From assembly GCA_963788655.1 (NCBI GenBank), contig CAWBHS010000090.1, forward strand, positions 96,001-160,000: a stretch of DNA of 64,000 nucleotides, read 5' to 3'. Of the stretch, positions 9,984 to 21,000 are shown piece by piece; the first letter of the stretch is position 1; every line of letters starts with the position of its first letter. Source of the DNA: an uncultured Verrucomicrobiae bacterium (lineage in GTDB: Bacteria; Verrucomicrobiota; Verrucomicrobiia; Limisphaerales; JAFGQR01). Both the position numbers and the translations under genes were made by a program. The notes under the pieces are model-generated. The model did no database searches, was not told the DNA's origin, and worked only from the letters and a program-made list of their open reading frames with translations.

Positions 9984-10112
9984 AATCCATGCTCGGCGGC
10001 CCCGCAGACACGCGGTGACCCTCCGCGAGCCCTGCGGCAGTTGCCGCAGGGCCGCGGGCGCGGCTGCGCCGTTCTGATATGGTAGGCCTGCCGCCGCCCA
10101 ATCGGAGCCACC

Positions 10113-10697
10113 ATGTCCACCTTCGTTGCCCACGCGCTGTCGGCTTATGCCATGACACGCGTCGGCCCGGCGCCCCTCGCCCGACTCCGGGCCGTGTCGC
10201 TCGCCGCCATGGTCTGCGCGTGCATTCCCGATCTGGACGTGGTGGCGTTCGCCTTCGGTATTCCCTACGGCGATTTGTTCGGTCACCGCGGCTTCAGTCA
10301 TTCCCTGTTGTTCGCCGCATTGCTCGGGGCTTTGGTCAGCGCCTGGATGAGCCGGCGCCTGGCACTCACCGCAGGCCAACGTCTGGCGTTGTTCGTGCTG
10401 CTGTTTCTGGCCACGGCGTCCCACGGCCTGCTGGATGCCATGACCGACGGCGGCCTGGGAGTCGCGTTCTTCGCACCCTTAGATAACGGTCGCTATTTCC
10501 TGCCCTGGCGGCCGCTGGTGGTACCCCCCATCGGCATCCTGCCCATGTTCAGCGCCTGGGGCTTGGCGGTGGCGCGAACCGAGCTGCTATATATCGGTCT
10601 GCCCAGTCTGGCACTCATCGGGGCAGCGAAAACGCTCCGGCGCCCGGCGCTTCAAAGCACGGATTCAAACCCTTCGAACTGCGGCGGTCCGAGATAA
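10113..10697 (+). CDS. YdjM-family membrane metal-dependent hydrolase
   Basis: PDLD, HRGFSHS and SHGLLDAMTDGG motifs. Confidence 0.9.
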   Translation: MSTFVAHALSAYAMTRVGPAPLARLRAVSLAAMVCACIPDLDVVAFAFGIPYGDLFGHRGFSHSLLFAALLGALVSAWMSRRLALTAGQRLALFVLLFLATASHGLLDAMTDGGLGVAFFAPLDNGRYFLPWRPLVVPPIGILPMFSAWGLAVARTELLYIGLPSLALIGAAKTLRRPALQSTDSNPSNCGGPR

Positions 10698-10954
10698 ATG
10701 TCTTTGGCCGCGCCGGCTTGTGCATGGGCTTTGCGGAACGATTCGGACTTGGTCCACGCTTCGAACGAGGCGCGCGAATCCCATTCCGAATGGGAAGCGA
10801 ACAAGGTGGCGGTTTCATCGCTGGGTCCGCGCAACAGCTGAAACTGCTTGAACCCCGGCACTTGATCCAAATACGTTTCGCGTTGGCGCCAAACGTCGAC
10901 GAATTCTTCTTCCCGACCGCGGGCGACTCGAAAGCGATTCATGGCAATAAACAT
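10652..10954 (-). CDS. ABM-family monooxygenase (IsdG/HmoA-like heme-degrading type)
   Basis: MFIAMNRFRV...FEAWTKSESFRKAH; RBS AGGAG; 3' end overlaps ydjM by 46 bp. Confidence 0.85.
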   Translation of the reverse strand: MFIAMNRFRVARGREEEFVDVWRQRETYLDQVPGFKQFQLLRGPSDETATLFASHSEWDSRASFEAWTKSESFRKAHAQAGAAKDIYLGPPQFEGFESVL

Positions 10955-11112
10955 CGGTTGCTCCTGATACAGGCTATGTTGGCAGAACATCCAGCCTAGC
11001 CGACTGACGCCGCGCTCGCGACGGAAAGTAGCACCCTGAAACGAGCCGTTGATTACCGCAAGCCGAGTCGGTGAAAATAACGCGCTCGCTCCCGAAAAAC
11101 AGGGCCTCGGTC

Positions 11113-11688
11113 ATGGAACCATCGACGCTGACTGAACTGGACGTATTGTTTCGCGCCGTGGGCAGCGCCGCGTCACTGCTCACCGTCAGCGGCGTGATCA
11201 TCGGCGGCATTGTCGGCTTACGCCGCTACCGCCATGGTTTGAAGATCAAAGCCGGAGAACTGCTGCTGCAGATGGAACAGGAATTTCGCATCGTTTCACC
11301 GACCTGCCTGATTTGGGAAACGACGAGCAGCTACCGGTCTCGGATCAAACCCGTGCTGGACAAGAATTCAATCGACGCGGCCATGTCGGACGAGGAGTTC
11401 AAACTACTGCAGGACATCGATCGCTGTTTACGATTCTTTTATCTTTGCACTGTCCTGCATACTGATTTGAAGATCGAGCGTGCGATCGTTGCCCGCTCCT
11501 ACTATTGGTATGCAAGCCTGCTGCTGGACAGCGGCGCCCGCCCTGAACTCGCGGAATACGTGCGCCAGCATTACCGCCGGCTGTATGAATGGTTGCAGCG
11601 GCACAAGCCCTGCTTCCAACACTACCGCGACACCGGCGAGTGGCGCGAATGCGATGCCCTGCCGTGCGCCCCATCGCAGCGCGGATGA
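11113..11688 (+). CDS. Hypothetical protein with N-terminal TM and helical domain
   Basis: Hydrophobic segment AASLLTVSGVIIGGIVGL followed by a basic patch. Confidence 0.6.
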   Translation: MEPSTLTELDVLFRAVGSAASLLTVSGVIIGGIVGLRRYRHGLKIKAGELLLQMEQEFRIVSPTCLIWETTSSYRSRIKPVLDKNSIDAAMSDEEFKLLQDIDRCLRFFYLCTVLHTDLKIERAIVARSYYWYASLLLDSGARPELAEYVRQHYRRLYEWLQRHKPCFQHYRDTGEWRECDALPCAPSQRG

Positions 11689-11707
11689 ATACCATATCTG
11701 GGTTGCC

Positions 11708-12199
11708 ATGCGCTTGAGCTATCAACGCCCGGCTGCACTCGACGATGTGCAACCGCTGATCGCGCAGCTCGAGGACGAGCTCGGTCCGGAATTCGAAAGG
11801 TCCATGCGCGCCTGGTTTGGACTCGAACCGCGGCCCTATGCCTTCGATGCCTGGGAAGTATTTGTCGCCCACGAAGAGGGCGGCACTTCAGAGGTCGGCG
11901 TCTGCGGCTACTACCGCCAGCAGGGTGACCGCCCCGGCCGGTTCTGGGTCGGGTGGCTGGGCGTCGTACCACGAGCCCGCCGCCAAGGCGTCGGGGCACA
12001 GCTGCTGAACAAGCTGACACGTGAAGTGACCAGCGCGGGCGGCAGGGAACTATGGGTCTATACCGAGCCTGACAATCGTGCTGCCGCCGCGTTCTATCTC
12101 GCCAACGGCATGCTGCCGCAAGGACCGTTCGCCGATCTAGGCCTGCCACAAGCGGCCGCCTCGCCGCACAGCATCACGTTTTCCAAAACCCTTGGCTAA
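11708..12199 (+). CDS. GNAT acetyltransferase
   Basis: Motif A VVPRARRQGVGAQLL; motif B NRAAAAFYLANG. Confidence 0.88.
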   Translation: MRLSYQRPAALDDVQPLIAQLEDELGPEFERSMRAWFGLEPRPYAFDAWEVFVAHEEGGTSEVGVCGYYRQQGDRPGRFWVGWLGVVPRARRQGVGAQLLNKLTREVTSAGGRELWVYTEPDNRAAAAFYLANGMLPQGPFADLGLPQAAASPHSITFSKTLG

Positions 12200-12225
12200 C
12201 CCGTATCAGAGCCGCCTGCAGTAAC

Positions 12226-12870
12226 ATGACACAAATGACTCCAGAACAATTCCGCCGCCGTGAGATGGACCAGGGCCTCGAGCGCAGCCAGCTGGACGCC
12301 GACCCGTTGCGGCAGTTCGAACGCTGGTATCAGGATGCCATCGACGTCCAGATACCGGAACCAAACGCCATGAGCCTGGCCACGGTCGCCGCCGACGGCC
12401 AGCCCTCCCTGCGCACCGTACTGCTGAAACTCTATGATCATCGGGGCTTCGTGTTCTTTACCAACTATGACAGTCGCAAAGCGCGCGAGATCGCTGGCAA
12501 CCCGGCCGTAGCACTGCTGTTTCCGTGGGTTGCACTGGGCCGGCAAGTGAAGATCACGGGCCGGGCAACCAAGATTTCGTTCACCGAATCCCTGCGCTAT
12601 TTCGCCAGCCGCCCGCGCGGCAGCCAAATCGGCGCCTGGGCCTCGCCACAAAGCCAGGTGATCAAGACGCGCGCCTTGCTCGACATCAAAGTCGACGAAA
12701 TGAAACGCAATTTCGCCGATGGCCACATTCCACTGCCTTCATTCTGGGGCGGGTTTCGCGTCTACGCCCAGGCCATCGAATTCTGGCAGGCGCGCGAAAG
12801 CCGGTTGCACGACCGATTCGTGTATCGACGGGTCAACCAGCACTACCACATCGAACGACTTGCGCCCTAA
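12226..12870 (+). CDS. pdxH: Pyridoxamine 5'-phosphate oxidase
   Basis: EPNAMSLAT, RTVLLK, FFTNYDSRK, EFWQ...RLHDR, ERLAP. Confidence 0.96.
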   Translation: MTQMTPEQFRRREMDQGLERSQLDADPLRQFERWYQDAIDVQIPEPNAMSLATVAADGQPSLRTVLLKLYDHRGFVFFTNYDSRKAREIAGNPAVALLFPWVALGRQVKITGRATKISFTESLRYFASRPRGSQIGAWASPQSQVIKTRALLDIKVDEMKRNFADGHIPLPSFWGGFRVYAQAIEFWQARESRLHDRFVYRRVNQHYHIERLAP

Positions 12871-13012
12871 TCGGGTGGCTGGGCACGGGCGCAGTGGCCG
12901 TACAATCACAGAAGCAGGTCCGCCGCGCCGGCAAGGCACGCATTACACTTGCCGTTTACTCGTGCCTTCGCGGCAGGCATGCTGAAGACCCTATTTGCAA
13001 CAGGAGTATGTG

Positions 13013-13408
13013 ATGAACGCGAGCGGCGCCAACTCCATCGGCAAGCTTATTTTGCGTCTCACCCTCGGCATTCTGATTCTGCTGCATGGTACCGACAAGC
13101 TGTTGCATGGCATCGGTCCCATCGAAGGCATGGTAACTGCGGCAGGCCTGCCGGCATTTTTTGCCTTCGGCGTATACCTCGGCGAGATCCTGGGTCCCGT
13201 GCTGTTGATTCTGGGTTTCTATGCGCGACTCGGCGCCGGGCTCATCGCCTTCAACATGCTGGTGGCGTTGGCACTGGTGCATCGGGCCGAAATTTTCACG
13301 CTCAACCCTCACGGTGCGTGGACGTTGGAGTTGCAGGGCATGTATCTGTTCACCGCCTTGGCGCTGGTAATCATGGGCCCCGGCCGGCTGAGCCTCAACG
13401 GTCGTTGA
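13013..13408 (+). CDS. DoxX family membrane protein
   Basis: GKLILRLTLGILILLHG...KL; four TM; GPGRLSL. Confidence 0.9.
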   Translation: MNASGANSIGKLILRLTLGILILLHGTDKLLHGIGPIEGMVTAAGLPAFFAFGVYLGEILGPVLLILGFYARLGAGLIAFNMLVALALVHRAEIFTLNPHGAWTLELQGMYLFTALALVIMGPGRLSLNGR

Positions 13409-13447
13409 CCGTTTCGGCCGCCACCGGCCGGCGCCTTCATCCCCGGT

Positions 13448-14071
13448 TCAGCGCCCGGCGCTGACGTCGGGCTTTTGCAGCGCCTTGTTCAGGTCGCCGC
13501 GCAAGCGGGCGAACACTTTCTGATAGGCATCGATCGAGGATTGTCTTACCGCCGACTTCATCGCGAACGCACCGCCCCAGAACATCTTACCGCCCTGGGT
13601 CAATCCGGTTTCCGTATAGCTGTGATCGAACAACTGCCGACGGTCAGCGGTGTACGCCACCGCGCGCACGGTCACCGTGGCGTGGAAATCGGCGAACGTA
13701 TAACTGGGCACGAACAATTGCAGTATCAGCGGCCGGTCGTCCAGGTTCGCGTCGGCGACCGCGTCGACGTAACGGTATTGCACGAACATCTGCGGCAACT
13801 CGATATCGGCAACCTGTTTGAGCATCAGACCTGGCTCGGCGTTCCAGCTATGGGCGATGCCGGTCATGAAGGAACGGATCGCAACCTGATTATGCAACGT
13901 CGCATCGTCGATCACCGCCACCACGCTGCGGCTGTAACGCTTGGTGTCAATCGCGTAGTGAGCATCCTGAAACGCCACCTGGTGGGCACACCCGCCCAGC
14001 AGTAATGCCGCCATCAGCAATGCAAGCAAAGCGAACCTGCCGCAGATCTGCGGCCGAAGACTCCTATCCAT
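13448..14071 (-). CDS. Uncharacterised lipoprotein
   Basis: Lipobox LLGGC; RBS GGGGA. Confidence 0.75.
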   Translation of the reverse strand: MDRSLRPQICGRFALLALLMAALLLGGCAHQVAFQDAHYAIDTKRYSRSVVAVIDDATLHNQVAIRSFMTGIAHSWNAEPGLMLKQVADIELPQMFVQYRYVDAVADANLDDRPLILQLFVPSYTFADFHATVTVRAVAYTADRRQLFDHSYTETGLTQGGKMFWGGAFAMKSAVRQSSIDAYQKVFARLRGDLNKALQKPDVSAGR

Positions 14072-14164
14072 GTTTTCCCCCGGTTTCTTGTTGGTATGTG
14101 ATTGCGGGGTCAGATTAACCGAGCGCCAGACCGGGTTCCAGCGCGGGCGCGAGCGGCCCAGCGC

Positions 14165-15694
14165 TTACCCCAGACGATCGTCGGCGACGCGATAATGGGG
14201 GTCTTCGAGCACGTTTACTTCCACCAGGTCGCCGGCTTTGCGCAGCAACTGCCGGCACTCGTCACTCAAATGGCGCAGGTGTAGACGCTTACCGGCCTGA
14301 ATGTATTTCTCGGCCAATGTGTCGATCGCATCGATCGCCGAGTGGTCCGCTACCCGCGAATGCTGGAACTCGATGATGACGTCGTCGGGATCGTTGGCGG
14401 GATCGAACAACTCCATGAAGCGCTTTACCGAGCCGAAAAAGATCGGACCGTTGAGCTCATAGATCCGCGACCCCTGCGCGTCGTCGTAGGATACGACATG
14501 GATATTCTTGGCGTGCTCCCACGCGAAAACGATCGCCGACACGATCACGCCCACCACAACCGCAACGGCCAGGTCCGTGAATACCGTGACTATGGAAACG
14601 AGCACCAGCACGAACGCGTCGGATCGGGGAATCTTGCCCATGATCCGCAGGCTGGACCATTCGAAGGTCGCGATCACCACCGCGAACATGACCCCTACCA
14701 GAGCAGCCATCGGGATCGCTTCTATGAGTCCGGACGCCGCCAGAATGAATACCAACAGGAACAATGCCGCCGCCACGCCGGACAAACGCTTGCGGCCGCC
14801 GGAACTGACGTTGATCATACTCTGACCGATCATGGCGCAGCCGCCCATGCCGCCAAACAGGCCGGTCACGGTATTGGCGATGCCCTGCCCCACGCATTCC
14901 CGATTGCCGCGACCGCGAGTATCTGTGACCTCGTCGATCAGACTCATGGTCAACAGCGATTCGATCAGGCCGATGGCGGCGAGCACCAGCGCGTAGGGCG
15001 CAATGATCGCGAGTGTATGCAGGTTCAACGGCACACTTGGCAGGTGAAACGACGGCAGGCCGCCCGCGATCGTAGCCAAGTCGCCTACGGTGCGGGTATC
15101 CAGGTGCAGGCCGGTCACCAGCAACGTCACGACCACGATGGCCGCCAGCGAGGACGGCACCCAGGCGGTGAGTTTCGGCAGCCAATACACGATGGCCATG
15201 GTCAGCATGATCAGACCGAGAAACAGCCACAGTCTCTGACCGTGCATCCATTCCGTTCCGCCGCCGGCAGCCGGCACCTGAAAGTGCTGCAGCTGGGCCA
15301 GGAAAATCACCACCGCCAGCCCGTTCACGAAACCCAGCATCACCGGATAAGAAACCATGCGGATGAATTTGCCCAGCCGCAGCACGCCGGCGCCGATTTG
15401 CAGCAAACCGGTCAACACCACGGTGGCGAACAGGTATTCGACTCCATGCTCGGCGACCAACGCCACCAGTACCACTGCCATGGAACCGGTGGCCCCGGAA
15501 ATCATTCCCGGACGACCGCCGAAAACCGCCGCCAACAGCCCCACCATGAACGCTGAATACAAGCCCACCAGAGGTTCCACGCCCGCCACGAATGCGAAAG
15601 CGACTGCCTCGGGTACCAGCGCCAACGCCACCGTCAGCCCGGAGAGCAACTCGTTTTGGAAGCATACGCGGGTGGCGCAACCTAATTTGAACAT
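14165..15694 (-). CDS. SulP-family inorganic anion transporter with STAS domain
   Basis: [46 protein letters not shown]. Confidence 0.95.
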   Translation of the reverse strand: MFKLGCATRVCFQNELLSGLTVALALVPEAVAFAFVAGVEPLVGLYSAFMVGLLAAVFGGRPGMISGATGSMAVVLVALVAEHGVEYLFATVVLTGLLQIGAGVLRLGKFIRMVSYPVMLGFVNGLAVVIFLAQLQHFQVPAAGGGTEWMHGQRLWLFLGLIMLTMAIVYWLPKLTAWVPSSLAAIVVVTLLVTGLHLDTRTVGDLATIAGGLPSFHLPSVPLNLHTLAIIAPYALVLAAIGLIESLLTMSLIDEVTDTRGRGNRECVGQGIANTVTGLFGGMGGCAMIGQSMINVSSGGRKRLSGVAAALFLLVFILAASGLIEAIPMAALVGVMFAVVIATFEWSSLRIMGKIPRSDAFVLVLVSIVTVFTDLAVAVVVGVIVSAIVFAWEHAKNIHVVSYDDAQGSRIYELNGPIFFGSVKRFMELFDPANDPDDVIIEFQHSRVADHSAIDAIDTLAEKYIQAGKRLHLRHLSDECRQLLRKAGDLVEVNVLEDPHYRVADDRLG

Positions 15695-15940
15695 CGACAA
15701 CTCCGGCGGCGGTGGCAGGCAAAGGAACCGCCCAGAATATCAGCATATGCTTATGCGCGCGAGGTGCCCCGCGTCGCCCGGCCGTGCTTCCAAGCCAGCT
15801 TTTTGACACCCGCTTCATCAATCTGTAACATATTATTTTTTATTCACTTTTTGTATCCGGGTTTCTGCCTGCGGGGATCGCGCTCAACGCGGCTCCTGGC
15901 ACCGACACGGGACCCGCGACGTCCATCATGGAGGGCAACT

Positions 15941-16294
15941 GTGATTGATGACCCCTATTCGGAGTTCAAGCGCGAACAGATGATTCTGCGCGACTGGCTG
16001 GCATTGGACCGCACCGTACTGGCCAACAAACGAACGTTTCTGGCCTACGGCCGCACCTCCATCGCGCTGGTGGTCCTGGGCCTGGCGCTGGTGAAATTCG
16101 TCCAGCATGACGCAATGGAAATCGCCGGCTTCTGCCTGATGGCCTTCGGTATCGTGACCTTCGTTGTCGGCCTGCGTGAGTACTGGACCAACCAAGCCCG
16201 CTTCAAGCGCCTGTTGGCGGTGGAAAAGCACATGGACCGCGAACGGGAAGACGGCGAAGCCGGCGGCGGAGCGGCGGACGGGCACGTGTCCTGA
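15941..16294 (+). CDS. DUF202/YidH membrane protein
   Basis: LRDWLALDRTVLANKRTFLAYGRT plus two TM helices. Confidence 0.88.
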   Translation: MIDDPYSEFKREQMILRDWLALDRTVLANKRTFLAYGRTSIALVVLGLALVKFVQHDAMEIAGFCLMAFGIVTFVVGLREYWTNQARFKRLLAVEKHMDREREDGEAGGGAADGHVS

Positions 16295-16549
16295 AGCGCG
16301 TCGCGTTTTACGCAGCCGGCACGCCCAGTGCCGGTGCGTGGCGCTGCAATGCCCCCCGCAATCCTGTATAATACTTCCAGATTTCGGCGTATCGTCATTT
16401 CAAATCAGCAGGTTGAAATACGTTTGGCCTGCCCCGCGCTGTTCTCAAATCTGTTCGTCGCGTCAGCGTTGAGCTGAAACCCACATCGACAGGGCATCGA
16501 TTGCGCCCGGTTTTGCCGGCCACAATGGTGCAGGAGGAATTACTTTAAT

Positions 16550-16771
16550 ATGGCGAAGGAAGAACTCATCGAAGTCGAAGGTACGGTAAGCGAAGTGCTG
16601 CCCAACACCCGTTTTCGCGTCGAGCTGGAGAACGGCCACCAAGTCGCCGCATACGCTTCCGGCAAAATGCGCCGGTTCCGCATCCGCGTGGTCGCCGGAG
16701 ACAAAGTCAAACTGGAAATGTCCCCTTACGATCTGAGCAAGGGCCGGATCAGCTTCCGCTATAAAAACTGA
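16550..16771 (+). CDS. infA: Translation initiation factor IF-1
   Basis: [13 protein letters not shown]...[13 protein letters not shown]...SGKMR...[19 protein letters not shown]. Confidence 0.98.
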   Translation: MAKEELIEVEGTVSEVLPNTRFRVELENGHQVAAYASGKMRRFRIRVVAGDKVKLEMSPYDLSKGRISFRYKN

Positions 16772-16919
16772 TACCCAACCGTTTGCGCGTCGGTTCCGCA
16801 CGCGCTTCAGCAGCAAAGCTCGACGCGCACCGAGCGTTTCCGGTAGCCCGGACGGCGACCCGGCGGTCGCGATCCGGCGACCCGGCACGCGCCCCGACTC
16901 CCCTGGCTATACTCAGGCC

Positions 16920-17723
16920 ATGCGCGCGCTATCTTGGCTCTTGCTGGCGTTCCTCCCACCGGGCGCCTGGGCGACGGACTGGCCGCTGTTCGACGCCCAT
17001 ATCCATTACAGCGCCGACGTGTGGGACGCGCTGCCGCCAGCGGCGGCAGTCGCCCGACTCAAGGCAGCGGGGCTCAGCGGCGCGTTGGTCTCCAGTTCTC
17101 CCGATGAGGGCACGCAGATGTTGCGCCGTGTCGCGCCGCAATTCGTGGTGCCGGCGCTGCGCCCCTACCGCCGACACGGTGAGCTGCGCACCTGGATGCA
17201 CGATCCCACCGTTGTGCCGTATCTCGAGCAGCGCTTGGCGCTTGACCGCTACGTCGCCATCGGCGAGCTTCATATCAACGGCGTGGATGCGGAGTTGCCG
17301 ATCGTACGCCAGGTCGTGGAACTGGCCCGCAAACGCGAACTGATTCTGCATGTCCACTCCGACGCCAACGCCATTGAACGATTGTTTCGACAACAGCCTC
17401 AGGCACGCATCCTTTGGGCTCACGCCGGTTTCGAACCAGCCGCACGGGTGCGCGAATTGATGGAGCGTCACGAAACCTTATGGGCGGACTTGGCCTTTCG
17501 CCGCGAAATTTTCGTCAATGGGCACTTGCTCACCGACTGGCGTGCGCTATTGATCGATCATAATGACCGATTCATGGTTGGGGTCGATACCTACACGCCG
17601 CAACGGTGGTTAGAGGTGCAAACCGTCGCCGACGGGTTTCGCGCCATGCTCGACACCTTGCCGGAAGAAACCGCCGAACGTATCGCCTACCGCAATGCCG
17701 AACACCTTCTGGTAATCCCCTAG
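16920..17723 (+). CDS. Exported amidohydrolase-family (TIM-barrel) protein
   Basis: Signal peptide; DAHIHY, IGELH, HVHSD, WAHAG, GVDT. Confidence 0.85.
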   Translation: MRALSWLLLAFLPPGAWATDWPLFDAHIHYSADVWDALPPAAAVARLKAAGLSGALVSSSPDEGTQMLRRVAPQFVVPALRPYRRHGELRTWMHDPTVVPYLEQRLALDRYVAIGELHINGVDAELPIVRQVVELARKRELILHVHSDANAIERLFRQQPQARILWAHAGFEPAARVRELMERHETLWADLAFRREIFVNGHLLTDWRALLIDHNDRFMVGVDTYTPQRWLEVQTVADGFRAMLDTLPEETAERIAYRNAEHLLVIP

Positions 17724-17808
17724 CGTCGCCAATCAGCTACTGTCGCAACAATCTGACACGGTTTTGCGATTTTCCATACCGCTCATAGCGCGCTTTTTTT
17801 CGGATCGA

Positions 17809-17830
17809 AAATGTGACCGCGATCGCATTT
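17809..17830 (+). promoter_or_regulatory. CRP-family binding site upstream of minCDE
   Basis: AAATGTGA-CCGCGA-TCGCATTT versus consensus AAATGTGA-N6-TCACATTT: one mismatch in the half-sites. Confidence 0.6.
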
Positions 17831-17945
17831 TGTTTTTTGTTCCGTGAATCACCCCGCGGCCACTTGAGTCAAGCCCCCTACATCACGCTACCATACACGT
17901 CCAACATGGGAAGCAACCGCACACACTTCGAATGCGCATACGGAC

Positions 17946-18665
17946 ATGACTGCTGATTCTGCCGCTGCGCGCAATCCCACTGCTTCCTTTCAGCTCAAAG
18001 GCGGAATGATTACCGTCACGGCGCTGAACGTCCTCCAGGACGACCTTGAACGATTCGCCAAAGAATTGGCCGCCAAGGTGCGCAAGAATCCAGGATTCTT
18101 TCAAGGCATGCCTGTGGTAATCGACCTGCAGGCGATGAAGAGCTGCGCCGAAGACGTCGACATTCCGCGGATCGCACTCTTGCTCGGAGACCAGGGCATG
18201 ATTCCCCTCGGCGTGCGCAACTGTTCCGAAGCGCAACGGCAGGTAGCCCAGGATTTCGGCCTGGCATTGTTGCCCGATACCGAAGGCGCCCGGCCAGCAC
18301 GCAGCAACCCCGAACCGCAAACCACACAACCCAAGGTGGCGACCACCAGGGTAATCAGCCAACCGGTGCGTTCCGGCCAACAGATCTACGCCGAGGGCGG
18401 CGACCTGATCGTGTTGTCGTCAGTCAGCCCTGGCGCCGAAATCCTCGCCGACGGCCATATCCATGTCTACGGGAGCTTGCACGGTCGCGCACTGGCGGGC
18501 ATCCAAGGCGATAGCGAAGCACGCATCTTCTGCCGCAAGCTGTTTGCCGAACTGATCTCCATTGCCGGCACCTATCGCGTTTACGAAGACATGGACTCCA
18601 AACTGCGCGGCCAAGCCGTGCAGATTTATCTGCAGCAACAGCAGTTGTTGACCGAACCCCTTTAA
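17946..18665 (+). CDS. minC: Septum site-determining protein MinC
   Basis: PVRSGQQIYA, GAEILADGHIHVYGSLHGRALAG. Confidence 0.97.
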   Translation: MTADSAAARNPTASFQLKGGMITVTALNVLQDDLERFAKELAAKVRKNPGFFQGMPVVIDLQAMKSCAEDVDIPRIALLLGDQGMIPLGVRNCSEAQRQVAQDFGLALLPDTEGARPARSNPEPQTTQPKVATTRVISQPVRSGQQIYAEGGDLIVLSSVSPGAEILADGHIHVYGSLHGRALAGIQGDSEARIFCRKLFAELISIAGTYRVYEDMDSKLRGQAVQIYLQQQQLLTEPL

Positions 18666-18703
18666 CCATTCGACCGGCCCCAACGCCGGAGAGGTGAATT
18701 ATC

Positions 18704-19510
18704 GTGACCAAAGTTGTCGTCGTGACATCAGGCAAGGGTGGCGTGGGCAAAACCACCACCAGCGCCGCGCTCGGCGCCGGGCTCGCGCTCAAAGGACACA
18801 AAACCGCGGTAATCGATTTTGATATCGGACTGCGTAATCTGGATTTGGTAATGGGCTGCGAACGCCGCGTCGTCTACGATTTCGTGAACGTGATCCAGGG
18901 CGACGCCAAGTTGCACCAGGCGCTGATCCGAGTAAAAGGCGCTGACAATCTCTACGTGCTGCCCGCCTCCCAGACCCGAGACAAAGACGCGTTGACGACC
19001 GAAGGCGTAGAGAAGGTCATCGATGAGTTGAAGGAAAGCTTCGACTACGTGGTTTGCGATTCACCTGCCGGCATCGAACGAGGCGCGCATCAGGCGATGT
19101 ATTTCGCCGACGAAGCAATCGTCGTCACCAATCCGGAAGTATCCTCGGTTCGCGACTCCGACCGCATGCTCGGCCTGCTGGCGAGTAAATCCCGCCGCGC
19201 CGAGCAGGGCGAACAAGTCAAAGAACACTTGCTGCTGACCCGATACGCACCCAAGCGCGTCGCCCAGGGCGAAATGTTGAGCGTCGACGACGTCAGCGAA
19301 CTGCTCGACATCCCCTTGCTGGGCGTCATCCCGGAATCCCAGGCGGTGCTGTTCGCCTCAAACCGTGGCGTGCCGGTGGTCATGGACGAAAAATCCGACG
19401 CCGCCCAAGCCTACATGGACGCGGTCGGGCGTTTTCTCGGCGAAGACTTACCGCACCGCTTTCTGCAGGAACAAAAGAAGGGCCTGCTTGGCCGCTTGTT
19501 CGGGAGCTGA
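18704..19510 (+). CDS. minD: Septum site-determining ATPase MinD
   Basis: SGKGGVGKTT, GLRNLD, DSPAGIE; amphipathic C-terminus GLLGRLF. Confidence 0.98.
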   Translation: MTKVVVVTSGKGGVGKTTTSAALGAGLALKGHKTAVIDFDIGLRNLDLVMGCERRVVYDFVNVIQGDAKLHQALIRVKGADNLYVLPASQTRDKDALTTEGVEKVIDELKESFDYVVCDSPAGIERGAHQAMYFADEAIVVTNPEVSSVRDSDRMLGLLASKSRRAEQGEQVKEHLLLTRYAPKRVAQGEMLSVDDVSELLDIPLLGVIPESQAVLFASNRGVPVVMDEKSDAAQAYMDAVGRFLGEDLPHRFLQEQKKGLLGRLFGS

Positions 19511-19512
19511 AA

Positions 19513-19761
19513 ATGAGATTATTCGAACGATTTCGCGCGGGCCGCAACCGCAGCGCTGCCCAGGCAAAGGAACGCTTGCAGGTCATCATCGCCCATAGCC
19601 GCGCCGAACGGGACGGGCCCGACTATCTGCCGCGTTTGAAGCAGGAACTTCTGGACGTGATCAAGAAATACGTCCAGGTGAGCCAGGAAGACGTCAAAGT
19701 AAACGTGGAACACGAAGGCGGCTATGAGATTTTGGAGCTCAATATTACGCTGCCGAAATAG
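19513..19761 (+). CDS. minE: Cell division topological specificity factor MinE
   Basis: AKERLQVIIAH...YLPRLKQELLDVIKKYV...LELNITLP. Confidence 0.98.
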   Translation: MRLFERFRAGRNRSAAQAKERLQVIIAHSRAERDGPDYLPRLKQELLDVIKKYVQVSQEDVKVNVEHEGGYEILELNITLPK

Positions 19762-19806
19762 GGACACGGCATTCCCGAATGTCCGCGCGCAGTAAGCGGA
19801 TGGATT

Positions 19807-20172
19807 TCAGGGTGCGTCGACCACCTCCAGGCGCTCGACATCGGCCAATGTGATCGAACGCCCGTCGATGGTTTCGAAGCTACGACCGTGGACGGCGTCC
19901 CGATAGACCGAATAGGTACTGACATCGCCGGTCCGCGTGTCGATCACACGGGCGATGTAGACCCGGTGCTCGTCCTGCCACTGCACCCAGAACATACCCG
20001 CACTCACCAGCAACGCTGCCAACAGCAGACCTGCGGGCAGCAAACGCCAATACCATGCAGGCGGCGCTTGCGGCTGCGGTCGCGCACTTGCGCCGCCAGC
20101 CGCGGAGCGCCGGCGTAGATACAATACCGCGGCGATGATGATCAGCGCCGTCAAAAGAAACTTAGTAATCAT
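19807..20172 (-). CDS. Small two-TM hypothetical protein
   Basis: Two hydrophobic helices and a short beta-rich C-terminal domain. Confidence 0.75.
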   Translation of the reverse strand: MITKFLLTALIIIAAVLYLRRRSAAGGASARPQPQAPPAWYWRLLPAGLLLAALLVSAGMFWVQWQDEHRVYIARVIDTRTGDVSTYSVYRDAVHGRSFETIDGRSITLADVERLEVVDAP

Positions 20173-20321
20173 ATGGGGACGCAGCCTACCGGAATCCGCG
20201 CCCGTCGGGTAGCGCAGGCGTACCAGCGCTGGGCCAAGTTTGGATTTCGCCGCCGATCGGAAGTACGTGTGAGGGAATCGCGCCGGGGACTGGTGCGCAA
20301 CCGTTGCGCATCGGGCAACCG

Positions 20322-20708
20322 TTATCCGTATTGCTGCTCCAGGTAACGGATGATTTCGCGAGATTCATATAGCCAGGTGGCGTTGCCGTCGGCCCGGTCG
20401 ATTTTCAAGCATGGTACTTTCGCCACGCCGCCGCCGCGCACCAACTGTTGACGATGCTCGGGATTCTTTTGCGCGTCACGGGTCTCGATGTTCAAAGACA
20501 TCTTGTTGATCGAGCGCCGCACTTTCATGCAGAACGGGCAGGTGCGGAATTGATATAGCGTGAGATGGCTTGTCTGCGCATCCAGCCGCTGTTGCTCTTC
20601 GGCGGAACGCACAACGCCCTTGGGTGTACTGACTTTTTCCCACAACAGCATGAATGGGCCCAAAATAGCCCGGACCACCTTGAAAAAGGATCGGATCAAC
20701 CAGCGCAT
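20322..20708 (-). CDS. Glutaredoxin / GST-N-terminal-domain protein
   Basis: CPFC, KVPCL, WLYES. Confidence 0.9.
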   Translation of the reverse strand: MRWLIRSFFKVVRAILGPFMLLWEKVSTPKGVVRSAEEQQRLDAQTSHLTLYQFRTCPFCMKVRRSINKMSLNIETRDAQKNPEHRQQLVRGGGVAKVPCLKIDRADGNATWLYESREIIRYLEQQYG

Positions 20709-21000
20709 TGGATTTTTTACCGCGGAGTCTGCGACATCAGTGCTTGCAGCATGCTAACGGTTTACGCTGCAGGCGTCTACTCGGTGACCGCAGCGGCGAC
20801 CTTACGCAAGCGCCGGCGACGCCCTGCATCTATCGCGTGAAAGCGCCACGGCGGGCCTTCCGCGACCATGTCTTCCCGGGATTTTCGCGCTTCGCGGACC
20901 CTGAAAGGCACTGGTTATGCAAAATGGTTGCATTGTGTTTCACAGTGTCGCGCGCGCACGGCGAGCGTTTTATTGACACGGCGACCGCCAACCCGAAGTG

